The position numbers were made by a program, and so were the translations under genes. Shown here piece by piece: positions 13,401-23,668 of a stretch of 64,000 nt of DNA (the stretch's first letter is position 1; each line of letters begins with the position of its first letter). Source of the stretch: Massalongia carnosa (taxonomy: Eukaryota); the NCBI GenBank assembly GCA_965645245.1, contig OZ287080.1, forward strand, positions 930,001-994,000. Direction: 5' to 3'. The notes beneath the pieces were generated by a model. It was not told the DNA's origin. It did not search any database and saw only the letters and a list, made by a program, of their open reading frames with translations.

Positions 13401-15617
13401 AAAATACAAAGGAATCTGCTAAATCAAGTTATTATTCGACCTTATCCAAAATTCAATCAATGAACTCCGATAAATCCCGAGTTTTACTTTGTACGGATGG
13501 ATCAAAAATCGAATTTGCAACGTCTGCAGTCACATTTGCGCCAATTATGAGGAATTGGAGTAGTATTATCAATAGTTTTGATCGATTTATCGAAAAAGAT
13601 TGTCTGATCAAGTATCATACGATTTCGAAAAGGTGGAAATTAAGCAAACAGTCAAGCATTAAAAATGCTGAACTGCATGCAATTTTACAAGCAATGAAAT
13701 GGGTCTATAATATGTCTAATTCTAATATTTTATCGAACTTGGAAAAAACGATTTGGATTTTTTCTGATAGTATAAACGCGATAAACGAAATTCAGAACTT
13801 GAAAAATCATATTTTCGCAAGATAAATTCGAAAGCTCGCAAAACGCTTATTTGAAAGCAATTATCAGGTGATTTTGCAATGGGTTCCGAGTCATTCGAAT
13901 ATTACCGAAAACGAAATTGCAGACAAAATAGCTTTTTTATTTTTATTTATTCATTAAGTGTATTCAACCTAAGGTTATGACAGTAAACTATTTTAGGATA
14001 TGTTTCTATATTACAAATAAATCAACCCTTTATAACCCATCTATGTATTGTCAATTTTTCCCCATTTTTACTCCGTGTTAGTAACAACCTATAGTAATCG
14101 AAGAATATCGATTTTAAAATTTGTCTTTGTAAGTTCGTGAATGTTTCAGCATAAATCGTTTCTGATTTTACTGTTCGATCTCTCCCCAACCTCCAGTTTC
14201 GAAAATCTCGTCATCAAGCTGACCTAGTATCCATTTTCTTGTCGCGATTTTGTTATTGACAATGAATTTAATCAAAATGTCATTTCCGATTTTTGTATTA
14301 AACAACATATTCAAGTTGATGGTAGTATCGATATTTTGTTTCATGTTTTGAATTTCATCGAAATAGTGAATGCAATTCAATAACAAGTGTTCTGGCGTTT
14401 GTCGTTGATTGCATCGATTTGTGCATTTTGACGAATTATAATCTTTCAATCGCTGTAAATAAGATCGAAAATAGCCGTGTCCGAATTTTAATTACATAAT
14501 AGTAGCAAATATCAATTTGGAACAGTTGTTTGATAAATAATAAAATCTCGATATGCCAGGTTTCATTTCGAATTTCTCGTAGTATTTGCCTTTTGATTTG
14601 CATTGTTGCCATTGATTCGTCCATGTGGTTAGCATATTTTGATTTATTTGATCTTTTACATAATCAAATGTTATCGCCGAGGACTCGACTAGGATTTGAT
14701 TATGGCCCGTCTTTGCTATTTTGTCTGCAATTTCGTTTTCGGTAATATTTGAATGACTCGGAACCCATTGCAAAATCACCTGAAAATTGCTTTCAAATAA
14801 GATTTTTGCGAGCTTCCGAATTTGTCTGGCGAAAATATGATTTGTCAAGTTCTGAATTTCGTTTATCGCGTTTATACTATCAGAAAAAATCCAAATCGTT
14901 TTTTCTAAGTTCGATAAAATATTAGTATTCGACAATTTATAGATCCATTTCATTGCTTGTAAAATCGCATGCAGTTCAGCATTTTTAATGCTTGACTTTT
15001 TGCTTAATTTCCAGCTTTTCGAAATCGTATGATACTTGATCAGACAATCTTTTTCGATAGACAAAATAGCAAAGACGGGCCATAATCAAATCCTAGTCGA
15101 GTCCTCGGCTATAACATTTGATGATGTAAAAGATCAAATAAATCAAAATATGCTAACCACATGGACGAATCAATGGCAACAATACAAATCAAAAGGCAAA
15201 TACTACGAGAAATTCGAAATGAAACCTGGCATATCGAGATTTTATTATTTATCAAACAACTGTTCCAAATTGATATTTGCCACTATTATGCAATTAAAAT
15301 TCGGACACGGCTATTTTCGATCATATTTACATCGATTGAAAGATTATAATTCGTCAAAATGCTCAAATCGATGCAATCAACGACAAACGCCAGAACACTT
15401 GTTATTGAATTGCATTCACTATTTCGATGAAATTCAAAACATGAAACAAACCATCGATACTACGATCAACTTGAATATGTTGTTTAATACAAAAATCGGA
15501 AATGACATTTTGATTAAATTCATTGTCAATAACAAAATCGCGACTAGAAAATGGATACTAGGTCAGCTTGATGACGATATTTTCGAAACTGGAGGTTGGG
15601 GAGAGATCGAACAGTAA
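10466..15617 (+). pseudogene. LINE ORF2 (APE endonuclease, reverse transcriptase, RNase H), disrupted
   Basis: APE (QEP, GDFNTHH, IDLTF, GSDH), RT (GIPQGSPISP, FIDD), RNase H (TDGS, AELHAI, FSDS, WVPSH); TAA at 13823-13825 where other copies have CAA; inverted copy at 13933-15058; C-terminus ends 15617. Confidence 0.93.
13933..15058 (-). mobile_element. 5'-truncated LINE-A inserted antisense into the RNase H region of the full-length copy
   Basis: TSD AGACAAAATAGC at 13921-13932 and 15059-15070. Confidence 0.93.
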
Positions 15618-16323
15618 AATCAGAAACGATTTATGCTGAAACAGTTACGAACTTACAAAGATAAATTGTAAAATCGATAATTTTCGATTACTATAGGTTG
15701 TTACTAACACGGAGTAAAAATGGGGAAAAATTGACAATACATAGATGGGTTATAAAGGGTTGATTTATTTGTAATATAGAAACATATCCTAAAATAGTTT
15801 AGTGTCATAACCTTAGGTTGAATACACTTAATGAATAAATAAAAAATAAAAAAGGAAGCATAACCGTCTACCACAATAAGACGATATTTACCGTGTAAAT
15901 ATTTTGCAGTAGCAGGTTCAAAGCATTTTTCAACCAATTAAGTCCTAATTTATTGTTGGTCTATCTATTTTCACTGGTAGCGATTTCACTTTTGACGTCA
16001 TTTAAAATATCGTACCAGGCCTTCTGCTTGTTAACACCTTTGAAAATAACGAAAAGTGGTAAACTTCGACCGGTGGTACCAATAGCCTCAATTAATGACA
16101 CCTATTCTCTATTACCTGATTCCGCTGTAAAGGCTTGCTTTTCATGTTTAGAAATTACTACTTTTGTACTACCGGCTCCTCCTATCATAAATCCCTTTTC
16201 GTCTATGTTGTAAATATCTTCATCGAGAATTCCGTGTTTTTGTTTGGTAGAAAGAATGAGGTCAAACCAATGCTGAAAAACCTCTTTATTCTCCGCGAAT
16301 AAACGATCTTGATCAAAGGTGCA

Positions 16324-16494
16324 TATGACGAAGCGAGATAGTGAATAGATTTCTACCATTGCGCCACCTATCCTTCCCGACCAAAAGGCACAATACTTAG
16401 TCCGCAGACCAAGCGCTATTCTACTACAAGTAGGATTCCTGCTATGCTCGCTGTAGGTCCTGCCGTCCGCACCACGCTTGGTCGAACCGTTACA
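16324..16494. mobile_element. 171-bp solo mini-LTR, opposite orientation to the 6245 copy
   Basis: Reverse-complement match to 6245-6981; TSD GTGCA/GTGCG at 16319-16323 and 16495-16499. Confidence 0.87.
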
Positions 16495-16756
16495 GTGCGA
16501 CTGTATTTAGCCTCCAAATCGGAACGAGAATTCAAAAAATGCTGTTGCCAATTGACCCCTAATACAGTATAACTTCCCCTAGCTCTTAATTACTCGATAG
16601 ATATCTGACGTAACTGAGCGATTTTAGCAGGCTAGCCCCAGGCGTACAAATAAAGAAGGCAATTCTTCAAAGATTTCTCCTCCTCGAATGTCAACAGTTG
16701 TTTGATTTAATCCGAAGAAAATCGTGGTTGACGGCCATGACTGCGAGAATAACGAG

Positions 16757-17087
16757 TGTGACGAATCGAGATAGTAAACAGATTTCTACCATTACGCCAC
16801 CTGTCCTTCCCAACTAAAAGGCACAATACTTAGTCCGCAGACCAAGCTCTATTCTACTATTACTGGGACTAACACGGAGTAAAAATGGGGAAAAATTGAC
16901 GATACATAGATAGGTTATAAAGGGTTGATTTATTTGTAATATAGAAACATATCCTAAAATAGTTTAGTGTCATAACCTTAGGTTGAATACACTTAATGAA
17001 TAAATAAATAAAAAAACTATTACTGGGACTCATGCTATGTTCGCTGTAGGTCTCGCTGTCCGCACCACGCTTGGTCGAACCGTTATA
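16757..17087. mobile_element. Mini-LTR interrupted by a LINE-A 3' end
   Basis: Same sequence family as 16324-16494; flanks do not form a TSD. Confidence 0.85.
16871..17015 (+). mobile_element. LINE-A 3' UTR fragment (145 bp)
   Basis: TSD ACTATTACTGGGACT at 16856-16870 and 17016-17030. Confidence 0.9.
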
Positions 17088-17316
17088 CTACCGCCCGTCT
17101 AGCTGCGGCTAGCCCCTAGCCGCTTCCAGTTATAGTTAGCCCCGAAGAATAGGCTCTTCTTAGCGTACGGCCCTCGCCGATCCGACTTAGAGAATTTTCA
17201 TCCAACGCTTTCCCGTTTCGTCCTAGCTTCAGTCCGTCGAAGCAAGGCGAAAAAACTAGAAACTCAGGTCAGGAATCGAACTCACGACTAGTATACCGAT
17301 TGATAACTAAGTATTC

Positions 17317-17487
17317 TGTGACGAAGCGAGATAGTGTATAGATTTCTACCATTGCGCCACCTGTCCTTCCCGACCAAAAGGTACAATACTTAGTCTACAG
17401 ACCAAGCTCTATGCTACTATAACTGGGACTCATGCTATATTCGCTGTAGGTCCTGCTATCCGCACCACGCTTGGTCGAACCTTTACA
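17317..17487. mobile_element. 171-bp mini-LTR
   Basis: TGTGAC...TTTACA; same family; no matching TSD. Confidence 0.85.
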
Positions 17488-17548
17488 GAGAGTAGTCTTC
17501 GAAACAGCGTATAAACTAGCTTTCATTGTGATAGAAATAGCTCTATCA

Positions 17549-18092
17549 TCGGACACGGCTATTTTCGATCATATTTACAGCGATTGAAAGATTATAATTC
17601 GTCAAAATGCACAAATCGATGCAATCAACGACAAACGCCAGAACACTTGTTATTGAATTGCATTCACTATTTCGATGAAATTCAAAACATGAAACAAAAT
17701 ATCGATACTACGATCAACTTGAATATGTTGTTTAATACAAAAATCGGAAATGACATTTTGATTAAATTCATTGTCAATAACAAAATCGCGACAAGAAAAT
17801 GGATACTAGGTCAGCTTAATGACGAGATTTTCGAAACTGGAGGTTGGGGAGAGATCGAACAGTAAAATCAGAAACGATTATGCTGAAATATTCACGAACT
17901 TACAAAGACAAATTTTAAAATCGATATTCTTCGATTACTATAGGTTGTTACTAACACGGAGTAAAAATGGGGAAAAATTGTCAATACATAGATGGGTTAT
18001 AAAGGGTTGATTTATTTGTAATATAGAAACATATCCTAAAATAGTTTAGTGTCATAACCTTAGGTTGAATACACTTAATGAATAAAAAAAAT
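17549..18092 (+). mobile_element. 5'-truncated LINE-A (544 bp)
   Basis: TSD ATAGCTCTATCA at 17537-17548 and 18093-18104. Confidence 0.92.
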
Positions 18093-18342
18093 ATAGCTCT
18101 ATCAGCTTGTTTCTAAGCCAGACGGGCTGATTAAACGCGTTATTCATATGCAGAGGGGAGTTAAGGATAGAAGGACTTGGAGGTTTGTATAAGGTAGATT
18201 TTTTACAAATACATATTATAATAATCTTTAAATGATAAGTATATGCAATTATAATATTTAAAGGTAGATTTATATAAAATATGTATGAGGTAAAGGCTTC
18301 AGCATCTAGAACGGTAAATAAATTATATTTTCGGGATTTCTT

Positions 18343-18602
18343 GGTTACGTTGAACGGGTTATTCCGTTGTCTAGTGAGTTACATTAGTCCAATTTATCAT
18401 ATCTAACTGAAAACGGATCTAATACTACATATAGTGATTTTATTAATAGTTATAGTTCAACGACGGTGATAAAAACAAGCATTAAGCTTAGCACGGGTAT
18501 GAGTGTTAATTAACCGGCGATCTGTACATAGCTTTCATTCTTCATCTTACTAGTTTTTATGCATATTCCCTATTAGATTTCTATCTAGGTCGACGTCTTA
18601 CA
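18343..18602 (+). mobile_element. Degenerate solo LTR related to the chromovirus LTR at 22192-22459 (left limit approximate)
   Basis: 18400-18602 is a diverged reverse complement of 22192-22410; ends TACA. Confidence 0.7.
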
Positions 18603-18769
18603 TAATTTCACATTAAAGACTAATGCACAATATACATAAAAGAAAATTTTCGAAATAAATTCTTCACTGATTAAACAATTTTACAAATAATCGTAGCACT
18701 ATTTTAATTATAAATCGAAAAACAATCGAACGATTCGCGATAAGAATTGACATATCACAAGACTCATCT

Positions 18770-19269
18770 TGTAACGGTTCGACTATGCGTGGTGTGGAAG
18801 GCAGTACCTATAGCGAACAGAGAAGTGTGAAGGGATAAATTGGATAGAGGCAAACGATAGAAGAATAAAATAAACAAATAAATAACCGAATCAACAGAGC
18901 CTCACTGCATCGATGAATGAATCGTCACGCCTATCAATAGCCGACTAGCTATATAGATGAATATGTCTATAATAGCAATATGAATAGAATGATCCGAAGA
19001 TAGATATCAAGAAAGGTGAGAAGAAAAGTGCCAGAAAAAGACTCATATAACCGGAACGCCAAGACGCCAGTGCCCGACCACATGAATAATAACCTGACTC
19101 ATTACCTGACTTGCTACCGACCCGGTGGAGTTCCACTCTACCCTTCCACAGCAGCAGTCCCAGTTATAGTAGAATAGAGCTTGGTCTGCGGACTAAGTAT
19201 TGTGCTTTTTAGTCTGGAAGGACAGGTCGCGCAATGGTAGAAATCTATTTATAATCTCGCTTCGTTACA
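18770..19269. mobile_element. 500-bp long form of the mini-LTR family
   Basis: Same ~60-bp left and ~120-bp right ends as the 171-bp copies; TGTAAC...GTTACA; TSD CATCT/TATCT. Confidence 0.85.
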
Positions 19270-20165
19270 TATCTTTCTTACACATTTTTTATTGATTCTA
19301 TAATACAGATCTATTGAATGATCAAATACAAATACAAGTTTTATAGGCTTTTTAAACGATATCAAAATTTTGCCAAACGGAAAATACATCGAAGAAAATT
19401 GCAAGACACTGAAGTCAACACATTGACAATGCGAAAAGTAAACTTCTCATAGAGTGACCGTCGGATAAAATTTCGGGTTTTTGTCCGATCAAGATATAAA
19501 CTTCAGTCTTAGTAGCAAGTTTTTTATATTATGTCACATAGTACTTCAGAATAAGAGCTACAAAATAATTAAAATTTTTCCTTTTTTGGACTAGTACTGA
19601 CTGAGTAATACTAATTATACATAAAAAATTTGAAAAATCTTTTATCCGATTATTTTTAGTAATAGCCGATTACTCAACAACGCCTGACCCGAATTACGTT
19701 ATCAGAGAATCGTTTGACAGAGAATCTTCTGTTTGCTGACTAATCATGAGAAATTTTCTTCAATTAATAATTACTTAATTTTATATAATAATTTAATGTT
19801 TTGTTAGACGGTCAGCCTAAACTTCTCGACACGAATTCTTATTCGCTCGACGAAGTCCGAACTCAGTCACACTTGTTCAGAAATTTTAAAAGATCTTATA
19901 TGACTGCATTCATCAATCTTGCAAGTATCGAAATTGAATTTAAAATGAACATTAAAGTCTTAGATTTACAAATTGACATCAAATTAAAATAAGAATCGCA
20001 CGTTCGCTAAACTCCAAAAAAATGTTTAAACAATTTATGACATCTGTCACGATTCTACTCGGCACGACCTCGGCACCGCCTAGGGCAATCGTAGATAGAA
20101 CACGCAGGTGCTTTCGATTTCCTTCCCGCACCTACTAGAAGATTCTATGACGACTATACCACATG

Positions 20166-21424
20166 TACGCCGCGTAACGGGTCGGGTTGGACCCCCTCGA
20201 ACCCGACCTGACGGGTTCGGGTTTTTTATGTGGGTTTCCGGTTTAAACCGTTCAACCCGGTCAGTTTTTTCTGCAAATTTAATATGAAAATTCGACGAAA
20301 ATATAACGTTTAAAGTAAATAGCCAATAAACTTCGAGGTCGGGCAGGACGCAAGAGGGCCCCAGTTATCACTCCAGGAACGCTGATATACGCCTGGGCCA
20401 AGAGAATCACATCGGAGGCACATAACCCTCCAACACCGACACCAAATCCACCATGGGCCGAATCCCCCTCGAATCTCGCCTGAGAAATAGGGGAGGCACG
20501 CGCCGCTCATAACAAAATAACTGCTCAAATAAAAAAATTACACACATTAGCATTGCAGGCCTCGTGGAGATCATATCAGGAACACACACCCGTTCCCACC
20601 CCGGCACAATCAGGTTTACTCTCCAAAAAACGCATCAAATTGCACCAAACTCTAGCCAAAGCGGACAGCGCGCTAGCCATTCAGATACGCTCAGAAAAGA
20701 TAGGCCTAGCCGCCTTCCTATATAGACACCGAGTCACAGACGTCTCGTCCCCGAACTGCTCATGTGGCTGGCATATACAGACTGCAAAACATGATCATTT
20801 TTTGCAAACTCAACGGCAACAGAAAAACTCTGCTAAATACGATAGGCACAAACAACTATCGATTAATCACAGAGTTATCTAAAGCAATAAAATTAGTCAC
20901 AAAGTGGCTAATGAAGACAGGTTTGTTGTCACAATTTTCGCTGACAGCATAGCATCTATACTGCTAACAGTAGGCATGCTTTGTTTCATTTTTCATACTT
21001 GTCTTAGGTCAAAGGTTTTTTCATGGAGCACACGGCTGGGACCCGGAGGGTCCTCGGCCGGACACAGGATTGCATGGTTTTTCTTCCTCAAAAGGTTTTC
21101 CATGTACTATAAAACTAGATAGACTCGCCCGCATGGGCCGGCCTTCGGCCGGTACCATATCGGAATCATCATCATCATTATTATCATAACGTTTGAAGTG
21201 ATAAATTTTTTGCTTACTAATCATCATTTCTTGATGACTAATTTTCGGAATTTTCGGAATTTTCAAATGTGTTTAAAACGTCTAAAAATCACGTTTAAAT
21301 TGACATAAAACTTCGACGGGTCGAACGGGTCAAACGGGTTTACCCGGGAACGGTTCCCCAACCTGGTAGCAGGTCGGGTTCGACTAGACAAAATCCGAAT
21401 CAACCCGACCCGTTGCGCGGCGTA
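20166..21424. mobile_element. hAT-type MITE interrupted by LINE-B
   Basis: TIR TACGCCGCG(T/C)AACGGG; 8-bp TSD ACCACATG at 20158-20165 and 21425-21432; subterminal ACCCG repeats. Confidence 0.88.
20317..21185 (+). mobile_element. LINE-B 3' fragment with (ATC)n tail
   Basis: QIRSEKIGLAAFLY...CSCGW..QTAKH; tail ATCATCATCATCATTATTATC; TSD ATAACGTTT(A/G)AAGT at 20303-20316 and 21186-21199. Confidence 0.85.
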
Positions 21425-22058
21425 ACCACATGGGTACTAGCGCAGTAGAGGATATATAGGAGCAGGTTCTAATTATCGATTGTCTTTTTCCTTTTTTATC
21501 TTTTTTTGTATTCGTTTCTAGTGTCCCTACGACTTGTCTCTAGGTAGATCATGACAATATCGAGAAAAATCTTCATATCGGTCTGAAATATCATTTTTAT
21601 CAAAATAAGACAACTTTACAGCGTCGTAATGCGTTTGATCATGATATACGAGTCAATCGTAAGACATATGTTTAAAGAAGTCAAAAAGTCAAAAACGTTA
21701 ACGAGTAATCTTTTCTTTATGCAAAACAACTGTCTTCGCATCGTAATCGATATCTTTAAAGTTATTCTTATTTGAATTATTAAAGCAGAGACATATATAA
21801 CATTCATAAATATATATCTCGACACGTTACAAACGCAGGTAAGACATCGACTTCGAGACGAAGATCAGTCGAAGATTATTTCTTTTGCATACAGTAAAAT
21901 AGTTAACCAACTCTGTTGAATATCTAACACCTTTTAGTATAGTATCTAGGAAGCTGTAGAAGCCACATTAGACCTAGTCTCAAGATAAGATAAAGATCAC
22001 CTCGCTTAATAGAAGGTGACCAGTAATAGGATATAGACTGCCGAATATCACTCTTTAT

Positions 22059-22191
22059 TACGCCGCGCAACGGGTCGGGTTGGGTCGGGGTTTTTCTAGT
22101 CGAACCCGACCCGCTACCGGGTTGGGGAACCTGTAGGGCTCAACCTGCTGGGTTGGGGAACTGTTCCCGGGTTAACCCGTTTGACCCTTTC
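22059..22191. mobile_element. Truncated hAT-type MITE end
   Basis: Matches 23704-23835; cut by the LTR at 22192. Confidence 0.8.
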
Positions 22192-23668
22192 TGTAGCTCG
22201 TCGACCTAGATAGAAATCTAATAGGGACTATGTACGAAAACTAGTAAGATGAAGAAAGAAAGCTATATATAGATCGCCGGTTAATAAACACTCATACCCG
22301 TGCTAAGCCTAATGCAGGTTTTCATTACCGTCGTTGAACTGCTTATACCACGAGTATTGACAATGTCACTACAGGCAGTGCTAGATCCGTTTTCGGTTAG
22401 ATAAGGTAAATAGCAAATGTCATGTGTTGCCTGAGGTTAGAGCGGTGTAATCCGTGACATTACCCCCTTCTTTAGATCGCGAATCACCTGATCGCGATTA
22501 GCGCCATTCTTGTCAGTTGACGTAATTCCAGTTTAACCTGTTCCACCGTGGTTTGCTAGGATAGCGCAAATAGAAAGCCTCTACTATCTCCTTAGCATTT
22601 TCAAATCCATCAGCATCGTACCAATCTGGATCTTCCGGATGGTCCTTCCATTTGACTCGAAATTGCACCTTTCCTCTTCGCCTTCTAGTATCTAGCACGT
22701 CATCAACTTCCCATTCTTCCTTACCTTCTATCACTACCGGAGGGGTTAGATCATTGAACTGCCCTGGTAATGGATCCTCCGCGGCCTTTCTCAATAGACT
22801 AGTATGGAGTACATTATAAATTTTCATCGATTCGGGCAGAGCTAGCCTGCATGATGACCCGATTATCTTTTCTATTCGGTACGGTCCGATCATCTTGTGG
22901 TCCAGTTTCTTCGAAGTTCTATCGGTATGGATATTTTTTATTGACAACTAAACTATATCGCCCTCTTCATAGCTGACCTCCTTTCGATTCTGATTAGCCA
23001 CCCTTTGCTGTCTATCCTGAGACTTCTTCATGTTTTCCTGGACGAACTCCCAGGTTTTCTTCATCCTTTTAATGATATTTTGGGTACGTTCCTTAGCTAA
23101 CCTTTCTCGAGTAGTATCTGCATAGAGATTCACCACATCGAAACTTATCCTTGGTTTATTTATATCCCTTTGTGGCCATAAACGGTGTCAACTTGGTAGA
23201 GGCCGATTCGCAAGCATTGGCTGCAAACTCCGCCATCGGTAGTAGCATCATCCAATTATCCTGGAAATAGTTTACATAGCTGCGGAGGTGCCGCTCTATT
23301 TCCTGATTAGCTATCTCGCTCTAGCCATCTGTTTCCGGATGAAAGGCTGTAGAGAGTTTAGCCGTTATACCCAATATTTTGCACATCGTTTTCCAGACCG
23401 CCGATACAAACTGCGGTCCTCGATCGGATACTATGCTACTGGGCAACCCATGGTATTTCCAGACGTTAGTAATCAACAGCTTCGCCGTTGCTTCGCTCGT
23501 GATTCCATGTTCCTCGGTAGTGCATGGTATGTAATGCCTTTCCTTCGATAATCGATCTACCACCATAAGAATCGCATTGAATCCTTCACCCGACAGTGGA
23601 AGGCCCGTTACGAAGTCTAGTGATATATCCTGCCATAGTTGTTCGGGTATAGATAATGGCCTCAACAT
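22192..23668 (-). mobile_element. Chromovirus (Ty3/gypsy) 3' part: integrase-chromodomain, PPT, 3' LTR (22192-22459)
   Basis: WQDISLDFVTGLP, IVSDRGPQF, STAFHPETDG, KLDHKMIGPY, EWEVDDVL...VKWK chromodomain; PPT AAAGAAGGGGGTAA at 22460-22473; TG..CA LTR; several stops. Confidence 0.9.

Larger units (their letters stand above)
7934..15852 (+). mobile_element. Full-length LINE-A (Tad-like non-LTR retrotransposon, ~6.8 kb without the nested copy)
   Basis: TSD AGGAAGCATAACC at 7921-7933 and 15853-15865; ~960-nt 5' leader, ORF1, ORF2, 3' UTR and A tail. Confidence 0.95.
5325..16756 (-). pseudogene. Fot1/pogo DD35D transposase relic split by nested insertions (pieces ~5325-5994, 7833-7933, 15866-16323, 16500-16756)
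   Basis: After removing TSD-bounded inserts: IYNIDEKGF ... VVDGYASYISTEF...LPSHTTHILQPLDVSIFGPL ... AWRITGLVSFNP. Confidence 0.9.
20045..21556. mobile_element. Solo LTR (~245 bp) of a third family, interrupted by a MITE
   Basis: TGTCACGAT...ATCATGACA ends; TSD ACATC/ATATC at 20040-20044 and 21557-21561. Confidence 0.8.
19840..21910 (+). pseudogene. Heavily mutated LINE-B ORF2 relic hosting a solo LTR
   Basis: 19901-20044 and 21562-21900 align by eye with the reverse complement of ~63510-64000, mostly C>T/G>A differences. Confidence 0.8.

Noticed and set aside
17260..17316. Functional tRNA gene
   Set aside because: Only a B-box-like loop; T-stem mispaired and no cloverleaf
16757..17487. Intact TRIM (LTR-229 bp-LTR)
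   Set aside because: Outer flanks ACGAG/GAGAG are not a TSD and no clear PBS; kept only as a weak possibility
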